NCBI RefSeq assembly: GCF_001194135.2
Contig: NC_068987.1
Location: forward strand, 34,905,703 to 34,969,702
DNA length: 64,000 bases
Direction: 5' to 3'
Source of the DNA: Octopus bimaculoides
Lineage: Eukaryota
Every line of letters starts with the position of its first letter. The first letter of the stretch is position 1. Shown in pieces: positions 37,780 through 51,477 of this stretch. The notes under the pieces were generated by a model. The model saw only the letters and a program-made list of their open reading frames with translations. It was not told the DNA's origin and made no database searches. The translations under genes and the position numbers were made by a program.

Positions 37780-38340
37780 AATTATTTTCTCTTTCCTATA
37801 CACCAAAGTTCGTGATTGTTCTAGCTTCTTTGGTCTAGTAAGCTAAACTTGACTGACGAGATACACAAGGTCAAAACACCATGTTGCCTGAAAGTCTCTT
37901 TCCACACATGAAGCACGCGCGGCATCAGCACATATGGTATAAAGGGAGGAGGTGTTCTCCAACGATGAAAAAGCAACGGCGATCAGATATTCACGTTCGA
38001 ATCTACCACAACGTACTAATGAATACATGCGGTGTTCTGCGTGACGCCTCTGAATTTATAGCAGCACGGAAGATAACACAACGCATCAACAAATTATTTG
38101 TTTGCTGATTCCTACAAATAAGTATTCGTGCACTTCTCTGGTTCTGCAGATTAGTTTTGCCAGAGGTGACACACAACAAAGTCGAAACCCCCCGATGCCT
38201 CAAAGTCCCTTTTGCCTGGGAACCGGTGACACATAACAATTGTGAACTCACATTCTTGTAAGGAAAGAGGAAATTCTCCGATGGAGTACAGACAAAAGAG
38301 ATTAGATATTTACGCTTTGAATCTGCCAGAACATACTGAG
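37780..38340. repeat. Diverged ~300-bp tandem duplication
   Basis: aaggtcaaaacaccatgttgcctgaaagtctcttt vs aaagtcgaaaccccccgatgcctcaaagtcccttt, and gatcagatattcacg-ttcgaatctaccacaacgtact vs gattagatatttacgctttgaatctgccagaacatact. Confidence 0.75.
38150..38257 (+). CDS. Candidate 108-bp symmetric internal exon (LVLPEVTHNKVETPRCLKVPFAWEPVTHNNCELTF), unknown gene
   Basis: Acceptor cttctctggttctgcAG, donor TT|GTAAGG, and only one open frame. I recognise no homology. Confidence 0.25.
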
Positions 38341-39698
38341 TATGCTTCAATACGTGATGGTATGTGTGTATACATATGCATATAAATATATTTGTGTGTC
38401 TATGCTTGTGTCTGTGTATATGTGTGTATATATAAAAGTATTCGTGTATACACCCATGGAACATATATGAAAACAGTTCTATAGAAGATAACTTTAATAT
38501 ATGATTAGAAATCAGTGTCAAATACTGAACTGACATGTATCCATTCAGTAGACCTAAATGTTTTATTAAAACAATCAACAGCACAGTGGATTTACCCCAA
38601 CATGTAACCAAGTTGTCATTCTTCTAATCCAGTCGATTATTTCTCTTCAACAGATTTTATACGACACTCTATTTCCATTTAATCTTAGTGATTTGGCTCT
38701 TGTTAAGTGCATTAAAATGTCACATCTTCATTACTTTATTTACGACTTCGATTACATTTTATACGGAATATCTCTTTTATCGTGGTCGACTACTTTTCAC
38801 AGCCACCCTCGTTTAATCAGGATCTAACTACAAATGAAAGCTCCTGTTTTGCAGTGTTGTTATTCAAGTTATCAATAACGAAATCTTAAATGATAAGCTT
38901 GTACAACAAATGTAAATGTTATAGCCCTGCTATTTCATGCTTTGATATTAGTATCACAATTGAGAATTGTTTTCCATACAGTCACAAATTTAACGTTAAT
39001 GTTTTCAGTTGAAATTATGGAAGAGATTCAGGAAGGAAAGAGAAATCTGCACACAAAATAAACTCGAGGAAGAAAATCCTAAAATACTCCTACTTCTTAC
39101 AGGGAATGTTTCCATAGGAACATGGCATTAAATTTATTGCAAAATATGTGTATGTGATTGCAATTGTGTGTGAGAGAGAAGAAGAGTGAGATTGATTAAA
39201 ACAAGAGTGACTAAAACAAGAAAACAAATCTTCGTTGACATTAATATAAAATAATATTTAGCAACCAGAAGTTTAAAGGAAGCCTCTCATATAAACACAT
39301 ATACACACGCGCGTACGCATACACACAAACATATATATATATATATANNNNNNNNNNNNNNNNNNNNNNNNNNNNNNNNNNNNNNNNNNNNNNNNNNNNN
39401 NNNNNNNNNNNNNNNNNNNNNNNNNNNNNNNNNNNNNNNNNNNNNNNNNNNNNNNNNNNNNNNNNNNNNNNNNNNNNNNNNNNNNNNNNNNNNNNNNNNN
39501 NNNNNNNNNNNNNNNNNNNNNNNNNNNNNNNTATATATATACACAAACGTTTGCACGTAAGGCCACCCACTCCCTGCTGCAAATTACGTCTGCCAATTAT
39601 AATGAACAGGTACAAGGTAGGTCATTGATTCCACCTAGGTGGAAGGTACCGCACAAACATTAGTTACATAATCAAAGCGAAATTTTAAAGTGTAGTTT

Positions 39699-39890
39699 GC
39701 AGTCATGGATGTGTGGCTCAAGTTACATGGTTTCATACTTAGACCCACTGTGGCACTTTGTGCAAGTGTCTACTAATCTAGTTCTAGGGCGACCGAAAAC
39801 CTGTGAATGGATTTTATAAACCGAAACTGAAAAAAGCTCGTGTGGGAATTGTTTGTATCTAACCCCTCGTCGCTTGACAGCTAAATTTAG
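39699..39890 (+). mobile_element. Diverged SINE family B, 5' part
   Basis: cccactgtggcactttgtgcaagtgtctacta...gcgaccgaaaacctgtgaatggatt...ccgaaactgaaaaaagctcg. Confidence 0.65.
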
Positions 39891-40219
39891 TTTCTTTAAG
39901 TCTTCCTAACATGATGTTTCGGCAAAAGAACCGATAGACGAAGAGCAAGATGCTGGAGAACAAAATTATATTTATGAATAACCAGTTTAGTTGTGTGTCA
40001 GTATAGGAAGTTACGTTGCTATATATCGTTCAAAGGAATTCCATATATTGCTCTACGTAGAGCATGACAGTTTATAAAAGATTCCAGAAAACACTAAAAC
40101 ACTTCAAACATGTATACGTACACACTCAAACATATAGATGTATATATATTTACATATGTGTGTGTGTATACAATGTCTCATATATACGTATATATATATA
40201 TATATAAACGTATATCTAC

Positions 40220-40255
<36 letters not shown>

Positions 40256-40346
40256 NNNNNNNNNNATATATATATATATATATATGCATATTCATATATC
40301 TTATTACATACATACGTACCTATATACATATACACAAACACACACA

Positions 40347-40405
<59 letters not shown>

Positions 40406-41009
40406 AAGAGAGGGAAAGAGCGAGAGAGAGATAAAAGCAGCAGAAACTACAGAATATAATAATACAATGTAGAGAATTAAGGCTGCAGGGTGAATAACCG
40501 AATATTGAGACAATAAGGAAAAAAGAGTAAAAAAGAAACGGAAAAATAAATAAATAAATAAACAACGAAAAGAAACAAACTCTCCTGAATCCATAATGTA
40601 ATATAACGATGTAATAGGGAAGTGACAGAAACTATTAAGAATTCAGCAGAGTGATTCTGATAGAAAATACCATCAAACACTTAGCAAGCGTCAAGGGAGA
40701 CAAAATTGATTTAGTCAATATACTCAGAAAGGGGTGTTGTTTAACCACAGGTCAGCTACTTTCGAAAGGACCTACAATCAAAAACTTTCCATACTATTTT
40801 CTGTATTTTTCATTATTCTATTCAATGATTTCTTCCTACTTTAAAATTTTGGGCTGAGATTTAATAGTCATTGCTGGCAGTTACTTTGCTCGAATCAAGG
40901 CATATTTCCTAATACAAGTTAGTCTGAGAGGGATAAGGGTTTTGTAATTCATTTATATTGTTAAACAGGAGGTACAGTGTGACCATCGAAATTGGTAACA
41001 GGTTACATG

Positions 41010-41045
<36 letters not shown>

Positions 41046-41047
41046 CT

Positions 41048-41367
41048 GAGACCCCTTCGGTCATGACTAACCATGGGATTACACCTAGAAAGTTACCTTC
41101 CGAGGTACAAGTCCGGGCAAAGTTGTTTATGGAAGAACAGCAGTCGCCCATGCATACTGGCCTTCCCTCTCCACGCCAAGGGAATGGGAAAGGCCGATAC
41201 AGCTTAGCACCTGTGATGTCACAACTCATTTCTACAGCTGAGTGAACAGGAGTAACGTGAACTAAAGTGCCTTACTGAAGAACACAGCGAGCATTCCGGT
41301 CCGGGATTCGAACTCACAACCTCAGGATTGTAAGCTCGATGCTCTAACCACTGAGCCATGCACCTTC
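41048..41367 (-). mobile_element. tRNA-headed SINE family D inserted in a microsatellite
   Basis: Minus strand: TGGCTCAGTGGTTAGAGCA (A box) and GAGTTCGAATCCC (B box). A following gtgttcttcagtaaggcactt...cagctgtagaaatgagt segment is reminiscent of conserved SINE central domains. Confidence 0.85.
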
Positions 41368-41375
41368 TCTCTCTC

Positions 41376-41421
<46 letters not shown>

Positions 41422-41461
41422 CGTGCGCGTGTATATGTATTTATGTGTGTGTGCGTCTGTG

Positions 41462-41674
41462 TGACTGTGTTTGAGTTTGTCACCCACCAGCACTTCACAC
41501 CTGGTGCTGGTGTGTTAACATCCACAAAACTTAGCGGTTCGGCTACAAGATAGCGATAGTATAAGTACCAGGCTTAAAACAAAAATAAGTATGGGGGTCG
41601 ATTGAAAATCTTGAAGGCGGTGCCCCAGCTTGTCCGCAGTCTTATGACTGAAACAAGTAACAAGTGAAAGATAA
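41462..41674 (+). mobile_element. SINE family B, 3' half
   Basis: cttagcggttcggc...ataagtaccaggctt...ggggtcgatt...ggcggtgccccagc...atgactgaaacaagtaa. Confidence 0.8.
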
Positions 41675-42007
41675 NNNNNNNNNNNNNNNNNNNNNNNNNN
41701 NNNNNNNNNNNNNNNNNNNNNNNNNNNNNNNNNNNNNNNNNNNNNNNNNNNNNNNNNNNNNNNNNNNNNNNNNNNNNNNNNNNNNNNNNNNNNNNNNNNN
41801 NNNNNNNNNNNNNNNNNNNNNNNNNNNNNNNNNNNNNNNNNNNNNNNNNNNNNNNNNNNNNNNNNNNNNNNNNNNNNNNNNNNNNNNNNNNNNNNNNNNN
41901 NNNNNNNNNNNNNNNNNNNNNNNNNNNNNNNNNNNNNNNNNNNNNNNNNNNNNNNNNNNNNNNNNNNNNNNNNNNNNNNNNNNNNNNNNNNNNNNNNNNN
42001 NNNNNNN

Positions 42008-42052
<45 letters not shown>

Positions 42053-42372
42053 GACACACATATATATATATACACATATATATACAAGTATATATTTATT
42101 TATTCATTTGTTTATAGGTATGTATTTGTGTATAAATAAATAAATATGTGCCCATGTGTTTATAAATAAGAGTAAATTGACCCTCATCATATGTCCATGT
42201 GCGTGTATGTAAGTACTAACAAACACAACGAAAAGATTGTTGAAGTTTATCAGTTACATTTCCCATACTTTCCATTTAAAGAGGTATACACACACTCACA
42301 CAAACGCATAGGTACGCACATACATACGTTCACATATATAGCATTGTATATATAAATAGTAGGCGTGTAAGT

Positions 42373-42806
42373 ATTCTTTTATTCTTTTATTTGTTTCACT
42401 CTTTTGACTGCGGCCACGGTGGAGCACCATCTGTTTAATCGAGAAAATCGACACCAGGATTTATTCTTTGTAAGCCTAGTACTTATTGTATCCGTTTCTT
42501 TTTTTCGAACGGCTAAGTTACGGGAAGGTAAATACACCAGCATCGTATGTCAAGCGATGTTNNNNNNNNNNGGGGGGGGGGGGCAAACACAGAAACACAG
42601 ACGCACGCACACACATACCCGTATACATACTTATATACGACGAGCTTCTTTCAGTTTCCGTCTACCAAATCCACGCACAAGACTTTCGTCGGCCCGAGGC
42701 TATAGTAGAAGACACTTGCCCAAGGTTCCACGCAGCGGGACTGAACCCGGAACGATGTTTTTGGTAGGCAAGCTACTTACCACACAGATACCCCTGCTCT
42801 GCGCCT
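42373..42806 (-). mobile_element. Near full-length SINE family B
   Basis: Head ...gtgtggtaagtagcttgcc...cgggttcagtccc, internal microsatellite, and tail ending gaaacaaataaaagaataaaagaat. Confidence 0.85.
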
Positions 42807-43473
42807 CTAAATATATATATATATACACAGGCGTACATTTATAAATGTATCATTTGTAAATATATATATCAGCATATGTATACTTATATAACAATATATA
42901 TACTCATGTAAGTATAGATGATTGTGTGTGGTGGTCGTGGTCGTGGTGATGTTACAGAATGTTTTTTTTTTCCCGAAAATTTCCAAGAGTGGATGCTGTT
43001 CGTGCTTTTAAATGTGAGAAAGCATATATATTTATAAATATTTCCCATGCCTGACAAAACGATGTGGACGTCTGAGCGGTGCGCTTTGTTTTGGTGAAAG
43101 AGATTCCAAACGTGAACTTGTTCCCGTGATCCGATAACGAAGTTAAGGGAGACTGAGATTAAAATAGTTTCATGGCATCAGTATGAATGAAACTGTCTAA
43201 ATAAATAACCCCGTAATTCATAGAAGATATATTATTATTTAAATGTGTTTTTATATATGAAATTGGATAAAATATCGAAAAATTTTCGACACAGATATTT
43301 AAGATATTACACCCAGTGACACCAGAAAACTCCGACACACAGACGTACACACACGCGCTCAAAATCGTACATAGACACAGAGAGACACACGCACACATGC
43401 ATACGCACACTAATACGTAATAAGCGTTATGTGCATATATATACGCACACACACACACACACATATATATGCA

Positions 43474-43561
<88 letters not shown>

Positions 43562-44046
43562 NNNNNNNNNNNNNNNNNNNNNNNNNNNNNNNNNNNNNNN
43601 NNNNNNNNNNNNNNNNNNNNNNNNNNNNNNNNNNNNNNNNNNNNNNNNNNNNNNNNNNNNNNNNNNNNNNNNNNNNNNNNNNNNNNNNNNNNNNNNNNNN
43701 NNNNNNNNNNNNNNNNNNNNNNNNNNNNNNNNNNNNNNNNNNNNNNNNNNNNNNNNNNNNNNNNNNNNNNNNNNNNNNNNNNNNNNNNNNNNNNNNNNNN
43801 NNNNNNNNNNNNNNNNNNNNNNNNNNNNNNNNNNNNNNNNNNNNNNNNNNNNNNNNNNNNNNNNNNNNNNNNNNNNNNNNNNNNNNNNNNNNNNNNNNNN
43901 NNNNNNNNNNNNNNNNNNNNNNNNNNNNNNNNNNNNNNNNNNNNNNNNNNNNNNNNNNNNNNNNNNNNNNNNNNNNNNNNNNNNNNNNNNNNNNNNNNNN
44001 NNNNNNNNNNNNNNNNNNNNNNNNNNNNNNNNNNNNNNNNNNNNNN

Positions 44047-44078
<32 letters not shown>

Positions 44079-46279
44079 TCGCACACACATGCACATAGAC
44101 ATACCTGCACATACATACACATTGCACCGTATTTCACTACACATATGCTTGATCATGAGTTTTTTTTATTGCGTGTGCTTGTGAACATTTGTGTGTATTT
44201 GCTTGCAATGCATGGTGCCGGTGAAATGAACCTTACTGGAATCTTATTTCCTTTAATGGTTTGTCATTGTACTCCTCATTCCTATTCTAATGTGTTTCGG
44301 TGTTTGTATAAGCCAATAATTGTAGATTACTTTAGTTTATAAGGTCATTAGTAAGGTGGTTCTTCATAATACTGGCCACTGTCCGAAATTTCGGATATTG
44401 TCGTTTTACATCCTCCTTTATTACTTAAATCACTGTGACAACGAAATCATGATGTTGGTTTCTCTTGATATTTGTTGAAGCAGACACGTTCTCTCTTGTG
44501 TGTATTGCCGTCTGGTACATATACTTTTGTATGCGTAATAAAGTGAAACTTGAAATAACAAAGAAGTTAACATTCTCTCAAATGAAACAATTTATAGATG
44601 ATGTCCTTGGTAAATAATTCTGCCTTAATTTCTTACTCCCATTTAGTTTATTTTCTGAAAACGGAAACTAAAAGACCAGTTACAGATCACGTGACTACTT
44701 AGTAGCAACATTCAAAACTTTAAAATTTCTGTTTTGTTTGCGTTATCGTTTATTTTACTTTACTCAAGTGTTTTATGTGATGAGGATTCAACGTATCCGC
44801 TCTTATTTAGTTTTCTACCCAACATGTTGCCGTTCCTAAGTGTTTTAATAAGCTGTTTATGACTATTTTAATATTCTTCATACAGAAAGGTACATGTCCA
44901 GCAAAAATAACAAAGTAAGGAAATCCAGCGAATATACACTCTGATATATAGATTTGACACCATAGCAGATGTTTTTTTTTGTTTTTTTTTCAGCAAATTA
45001 TATCATGAAGAAAGTAATTAATTGTAAAAATTCGTAAATAAATCAACATGTAATATGTAAATCAAGCATGGTCATTTTGGAATTGAAAGCTTAAGCTTAC
45101 ATAATTAAATACTAATAACTGTATTTTAGTAATAAAAAAAAACAACATATTTGAGAGAAATTTTAGCGTTAAATAAATCCGAGTATTTGTTTGGCACCGA
45201 TTTTGACCCAGAATGACAAACGCCAATATCGGGCTCAGTTAGATTTGAAACAATAACTGAAAGAGACGTAACTACATAACTTCTTACATGGGCAAAAGGT
45301 CCTATATTTAAGAGAGTGCATACCGTATCTTCAACCCTCGTTTAACATTAATAGATTAAGAGAAGGCAAAATATAACCACGTGTTTCATGAAATCAAAAT
45401 CTAACTACACGTTACAATATTATATTGCAATGTTAAAGATAGAGACGACCCCTTAAAAGACATCCTGTAAGGTAAGAAATACATAGTTTTAGGGGGAAAT
45501 CGTTCTCAGAAGAAAAATAAAACAGTTACATTGAGTATTACCGAAAACACTAAAATTTATTCCTTGGGCAGTTGAATTAAAGTTCAACATTAAACAAAAT
45601 AGTTTGAAGTATTTGATTTCGTTACTGAATGTTCTCAGAAAACAAAACAAAAAGAATAACCACCTAATTTCTACATCTTTTGTGACTGAGTGTACTCTGA
45701 CCTGAATTAACCCAACATGGCTACAAATAATGTAGTTTCTACATCAAAGTTTTAGATTTTTTAGACAAGTTTTTTTTTTTTTTCATGAAAGATCAAGAGA
45801 AACGCTACGCAAGTTCAGATCTCCAAAATATAAGAGTGAAATCTTCTCCAAAATAATAAGATTGGGTGATCCTGGAATTCCTACCCCTGAATAGTAAACA
45901 TTCAACGATAGTGGTTGGAATGCTATTGATGAAAGTATGGTCGATCGGGATCCACCTGAGCTTAAGCAACAATATAAGTTTTATAATATCCATAAACTTC
46001 CTTCATTACCGGTTGAAACATACCGCAGGTCCAATAAAAGCAACCACAATAACATCAATAAAGGAAGAAAACAAGCAAAAACTGCAGCGGTCTGCGTAAA
46101 GTAAACTCAGCCTTTATTATAAAGTAGAGAAGTGTATAGGGAGAAGTGGTGAAGTGTATATGAAGTTGATATGTAAATAGTAAGATGCTTGTAAATTCAA
46201 TGCAATTAAATATAACTTTAAAAGATGTTATATGCATGCATCTCTCTCCCTTTCACTCACTCTCTGTACAGACACACGC

Positions 46280-46310
<31 letters not shown>

Positions 46311-46445
46311 TACAAAAACACACGCATATGCATACCTATATACATACATATATACATGCGTGTGTACATTTATGCATTTATCTATGCATGTATACATTAT
46401 CTTTAAAGGAAGGTAACTTTTTAACGAACTGCTATACACACACGT

Positions 46446-46532
<87 letters not shown>

Positions 46533-49189
46533 NNNNNNNNNNNNNNNNNNNNNNNNNNNNNNNNNNNNNNNNNNNNNNNNNNNNNNNNNNNNNNNNNNNN
46601 NNNNNNNNNNNNNNNNNNNNNNNNNNNNNNNNNNNNNNNNNNNNNNNNNNNNNNNNNNNNNNNNNNNNNNNNNNNNNNNNNNNNNNNNNNNNNNNNNNNN
46701 NNNNNNNNNNNNNNNNNNNNNNNNNNNNNNNNNNNNNNNNNNNNNNNNNNNNNNNNNNNNNNNNNNNNNNNNNNNNNNNNNNNNNNNNNNNNNNNNNNNN
46801 NNNNNNNNNNNTAAATGCAAGCATATATGCATACATACATGCACAAATACATACATACATACATACATACAATTATGCATATATTTATTCCAAACGAGTA
46901 AGGGAAGCTTCTACCAATCTCTGGTTGTCCGAGATCGGATAACGGAAGGCTGACGAAAGAAATGAGGAATTCATCCACAGAACAGAACTGCAACACAATG
47001 TTAGCAACAAAGCAGCTACTTTTAAAAACTCCCATCAATCAGCCGGTGGTCTTAAACCGGACAGAGATTTATGTGTACCGAAGTAGATACAGCTCTCACA
47101 TCACAAGTGTAAATAAAATCACGAAACTAACAACTTCACAATAGGAAACATCATTCAGAGTAACACTTTATCTTCTAAGCAGATACAAAAAAGGAAAAAA
47201 AAATTAAATCACGTAATATACATAAGAGATTGATATCTACTCACTCAGTTATTACTTTCTCATCTTCATATGCCATGACCCTAATGATTGAACGATCCAG
47301 GTTTATTATCCAGTCACCGGCATTTTGCAGTAGAAATAAGACCAAATCTACGTGGAAAAATCTGATCACAGTTGAGTTTGATTAGACATCAAAAGTTATG
47401 GTGTGATATTTCTTTTAATTCGCTATGCAGCTATGACTACTTTTATAATAAATTAACTATTCCTGTAGCATTTGAAATTTTAGATAGCTGTTTGAGTGTT
47501 ATCTGGGATTCCGTATTATTATCTAAAATATATTCATATTTTCGAAACCTTGATGCGGTGTCTTGATTGTGTTTCTGACTATTTTATTCCCGGTGTGATC
47601 AACATCGTATTGGTACACATTGCTGAGGATCATAAATGAATATTTCTATGGAGTTAAATGCAACAGAGAACGATCAGTATATCCAAGAATGATTGTCACG
47701 ATGCGTATCTGCCAAAGGGCGCAGCGTGTGTTTATACGTGTTTTAATATGTATCCGTGGACAGGTGTGTGAGTGTGTGAATCTACATATATGGGTGTTTG
47801 GATTTGTGGGATGTTATTAGTACATGTGATTATGTATAGAAGTATCCTTGTTCCTCGTGTTAAACAGTACAAATAAATAGCTGTGTGTAAGTATAAATAA
47901 ATTCGGGTATGGATATGTTTGAATGCATACGGCTATGTATATTTGCTTATGCTTGGATACATATGTACGTGCGAAAGCGAGGAATGGCATGTGTTGATGC
48001 AAGTGTGTGCGTGCGTTTATGTGTGTGAGTGTGTGTTTATACGTTTATGTGTTTGTGTGTATGCACGTGTTTACCGTATACTTCCAGTATTGATTTAACA
48101 AATTTCATGTACCTTAGTGATAATGAAAAGTTGTATGAACGACTGAATGGAACATGTTATTGGGTGAAGTGACGCCACTTAGCCGTGATACATCGCAGCT
48201 GAGGAAATCACTTGTGAATGGATTCAAATTTAGGCGGCACTAACTTCTTTCGCTGCTGCTGTCTACAGAAATAGCAACTATAGCAGCAGCAGTAACAACA
48301 ACAACAAGACCGGCAGCAGGCAACAGCTGCAGCAGTAACAGCACCAACCAGCTCAATAGCCGTATGCGAGAGAAATGTCGGCGTAGCAGTATTGATAAAC
48401 TGTCAGGGTGTGGGCGGGGGAAGGGCGGGAATAGATAATCGTTAAAGTTCCTGACAAAATTGAAGTACACTATTCCGATATAAATCTTTTTTATTCTTCC
48501 TTTATTTTTTATCATTCTTCTTTTAAACCCAAGCGAAAGTCGTATTTAATATTAATCCTAACGTTCTTGAAAATAAATAAGTAAAAAAAGAGCCAAGTAC
48601 ATTGATCGAATTATTTTGTCTATGAAATCTTTATTAAAAGGAAGCGAAAAGTCGGCGCACTAATGGTGGGAGAGGATAGCAGGCATGAGTTAGATGGGAT
48701 GTTACTATATATTTTTCTTTTAGATACTTAAAAAAGTAATAGATATACTTGCGCATATAACAGTGAGTTTTCTAAAGATTTAAAGGCAAAACTCGCACAC
48801 GCCCACTCTCTCTCACTCTCTCTCTTTCCCCCTCTGTCTTTCTCACGTTCACACATGAATTGCGCACGCGTACACACACACACACACAATTTTACTTCAG
48901 TGGGTGTGTTTCTGAATGCATATTACACGATATTTTAGCATATATTTTATAAATTATCAGCCAGGGTTTGATCGGGATAGCCAATTGTGCGTGCGCGACG
49001 ATGGCGAACTTCATATAGTAAGATGCGTGTCCTTATTTCCGAAATTTAGTTAATATTCGAAAAAATTTAATTGATTTTACACATTGACCAATAACTTTTT
49101 ATCAGGAGTTTAAATCACGTTACATTTAATAAAAGTTTATACACATAGAAGTAATGCGAATGGCTATTTTCATTGACTCGACTATTTTA

Positions 49190-51439
49190 AGTATGTAGCG
49201 TAACGTATTATTACTCTCGCCTGCGAGTAGTCTCCTATACTAGAGGAGGTTCAACTGAACGAATTTCCCGACTTGCAGAGGAAGGTATGTGCCTGGATAC
49301 ATTTTCGGTGCCAGGTTCCCTACCTCCGTCTACGCTTCCTACAGGATTGCAGCTCTGTCATTGTGATGAGCTTTGGAAAAATGAGTCTGCCAAACTGTTA
49401 CCACACCGGTTTATCCTCAAGGAGGCGCTAGAGATGCCACAGACTCAGCGCACGGCTACACATTAACAGCCATGTTATGCCTACACCTAGAAGCAGCAGA
49501 CGTTGATTGCAAATGGAATGCCTGACCAGCGAAGCCCATTCTCTCTGCAGAAACAATCAGTGAGCACTCCTTTCTGGTCAGCCATGAAAGTAAGGCATGG
49601 CATTTATGTGATATTATAACCGCTTTCGTATGCTTGGCTTCTGGCACTATAGCCCATTCCTGAGCGTTGACGATCAAAATCTGATTTGTGAGCATGTTGC
49701 ATCTAGCACTTGTCACCCCAAAACTTTCGTTCCTTCATTTGCTAGAGCACACACTCTAGCTCTCACAAGGCAAACTTTGTTCTTCACACTGGTCAAGGGA
49801 AATCTAACCTTCAACAAGTTATCTAAAAAGCTTCTCCTATATTCCTCATCTCTGTTCCTATGAAGCTCACCTACCAGTCTGGAAATCGCCATTGCAGTTG
49901 CGGACTAAACCATATTGATACTAATGCTCACGCATTTCTAAAATCTACACACCATCTGTTGTTGATTATCGTTTCAACCTACTCCCGCTCAACTAATTTG
50001 TTAATCCAGTCTTCTCTGTCTTGGCATGACAGAAAAAAAGTGTTTGTTTACCAGTTACTTTGTGCCTGTCTAAGAGAACAGACGATGAATTTCAATTCTA
50101 GAGCCTAGACGCTATACTTATTTGCATTTCTCTAGAATACTGTCGAGGCACGATCTGTTTACCAGAGTTTTCATTGGCTGGAGTAGGCTTTCAAAATTTG
50201 TTGATAGCTCTGATACTGGTTCGTCCGATGCAATTCAAACATGCATCCAACATGGTGTTCCAATTGCCTACTACATTAAGGAGAGGGAAGTTGCGGGGAG
50301 AATTTCCAGATCCTGGCGATATCTACTTGCTATGCTTCTCTCGGTATGTAGACATAAATTAGTTTGAAGGCACACTTTCCGCTGATATGCAAAACCGGAA
50401 CCACAAATTTACTTTCGGGTTCCAAGATGATCCATCGTATCTCGAGATGTAGAATTTTCCGAAATAACACTGCTACTCCGCCACCATTTCAAATTGGTTC
50501 TGAGGTGCGTAGAACTCAGTGTTATAATGTCTGAAGTTCTGGTCTCTCTTGTAGTTCTCACATCCATAATTGATTGCATAAATCGTTAAGCATGCACTCC
50601 TTCCTTGACGGTGAATCTAGACCAGATGCCTTTATGCTATCATCTAGGTTTTCTTTTTTCTATTTGCCTGTGCAGGTAATCGCGTGTATCAAAATCATAT
50701 CTCTGTAAGGGGCTTCTGCCGTGACCTGTTAGAGACTGTGACTCTGGGGGACCCGATATCATACAGGAAAACCGATCTCAATTCATTATGTCTGCTGGAG
50801 ACTTACTAATTTCAGGGCGTACGACACAATCGTTTCCTTTTCCTGAGAACCTCTCTTTCTGTCTATATATTTCCTCTTTATGATTGCTAAGATAACAACT
50901 CTTAATTTTCTTCTTCTTACTTGCACAAAGTTGGATAAGGTCGGAAATTGTTGCTGTAGTTGTCACCGGAGTCCTTTATCTATTATTTGTTTATTTTCTT
51001 GTTATTATTGAGGTTATATGTTTTTTTTTCTAACTATATTTCATAGTGTGTTCGTTGTTGTTTGAGCATTTACTTTGTATCGCTATTTTTCTCTGGATTT
51101 CGCGTTATTTTGTGTCCGATATGGAATTAGTTTTGTTTTATGGTGTGCTCCTTTTCTTTTTGATTATTCGTTGTATCTTTTTATTTATTTGCTGTGCCAA
51201 TCGTCATCACTAATATCATTGGAAGACTCCGACTCAAACAGGGTAAGGGCATAATCTCTTATTCACGAAGTGAGGAGGAATAGGGTTAGAATTGAAAATA
51301 TTCTGGTTTGGGTTATCAGCTGATTGCACTTATTTTCTTACATTTATTATTTTTCGCTAGAGTTGTTGCTATTGCTGATGAAATTGATGCTGGTTTTGTC
51401 GGTGCTTCTGCTGCGGCTGTTTACGTGAATACTACTGTA

Positions 51440-51477
<38 letters not shown>

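Noticed and set aside
41290-41367. tRNA-like A and B boxes (also in the other SINE heads)
   Set aside because: No closed cloverleaf or terminator; they continue into repeated SINE bodies, so they are not tRNA genes.
45890-46105. Stop-free plus frame DSGWNAIDESMVDRDPPELKQQYKFYNIHKLPSLPVETYRR...VK*
   Set aside because: It looks protein-like, but there is no convincing splice acceptor, no recognisable family, and two stops lie immediately upstream. It would need tBLASTn or RNA-seq support.
50641-50805. Strong acceptor ttttcttttttctatttgcctgtgcAG with an open frame of about 44 codons
   Set aside because: It lies antisense within the decayed Tx1-like LINE and the peptide is unrecognisable.
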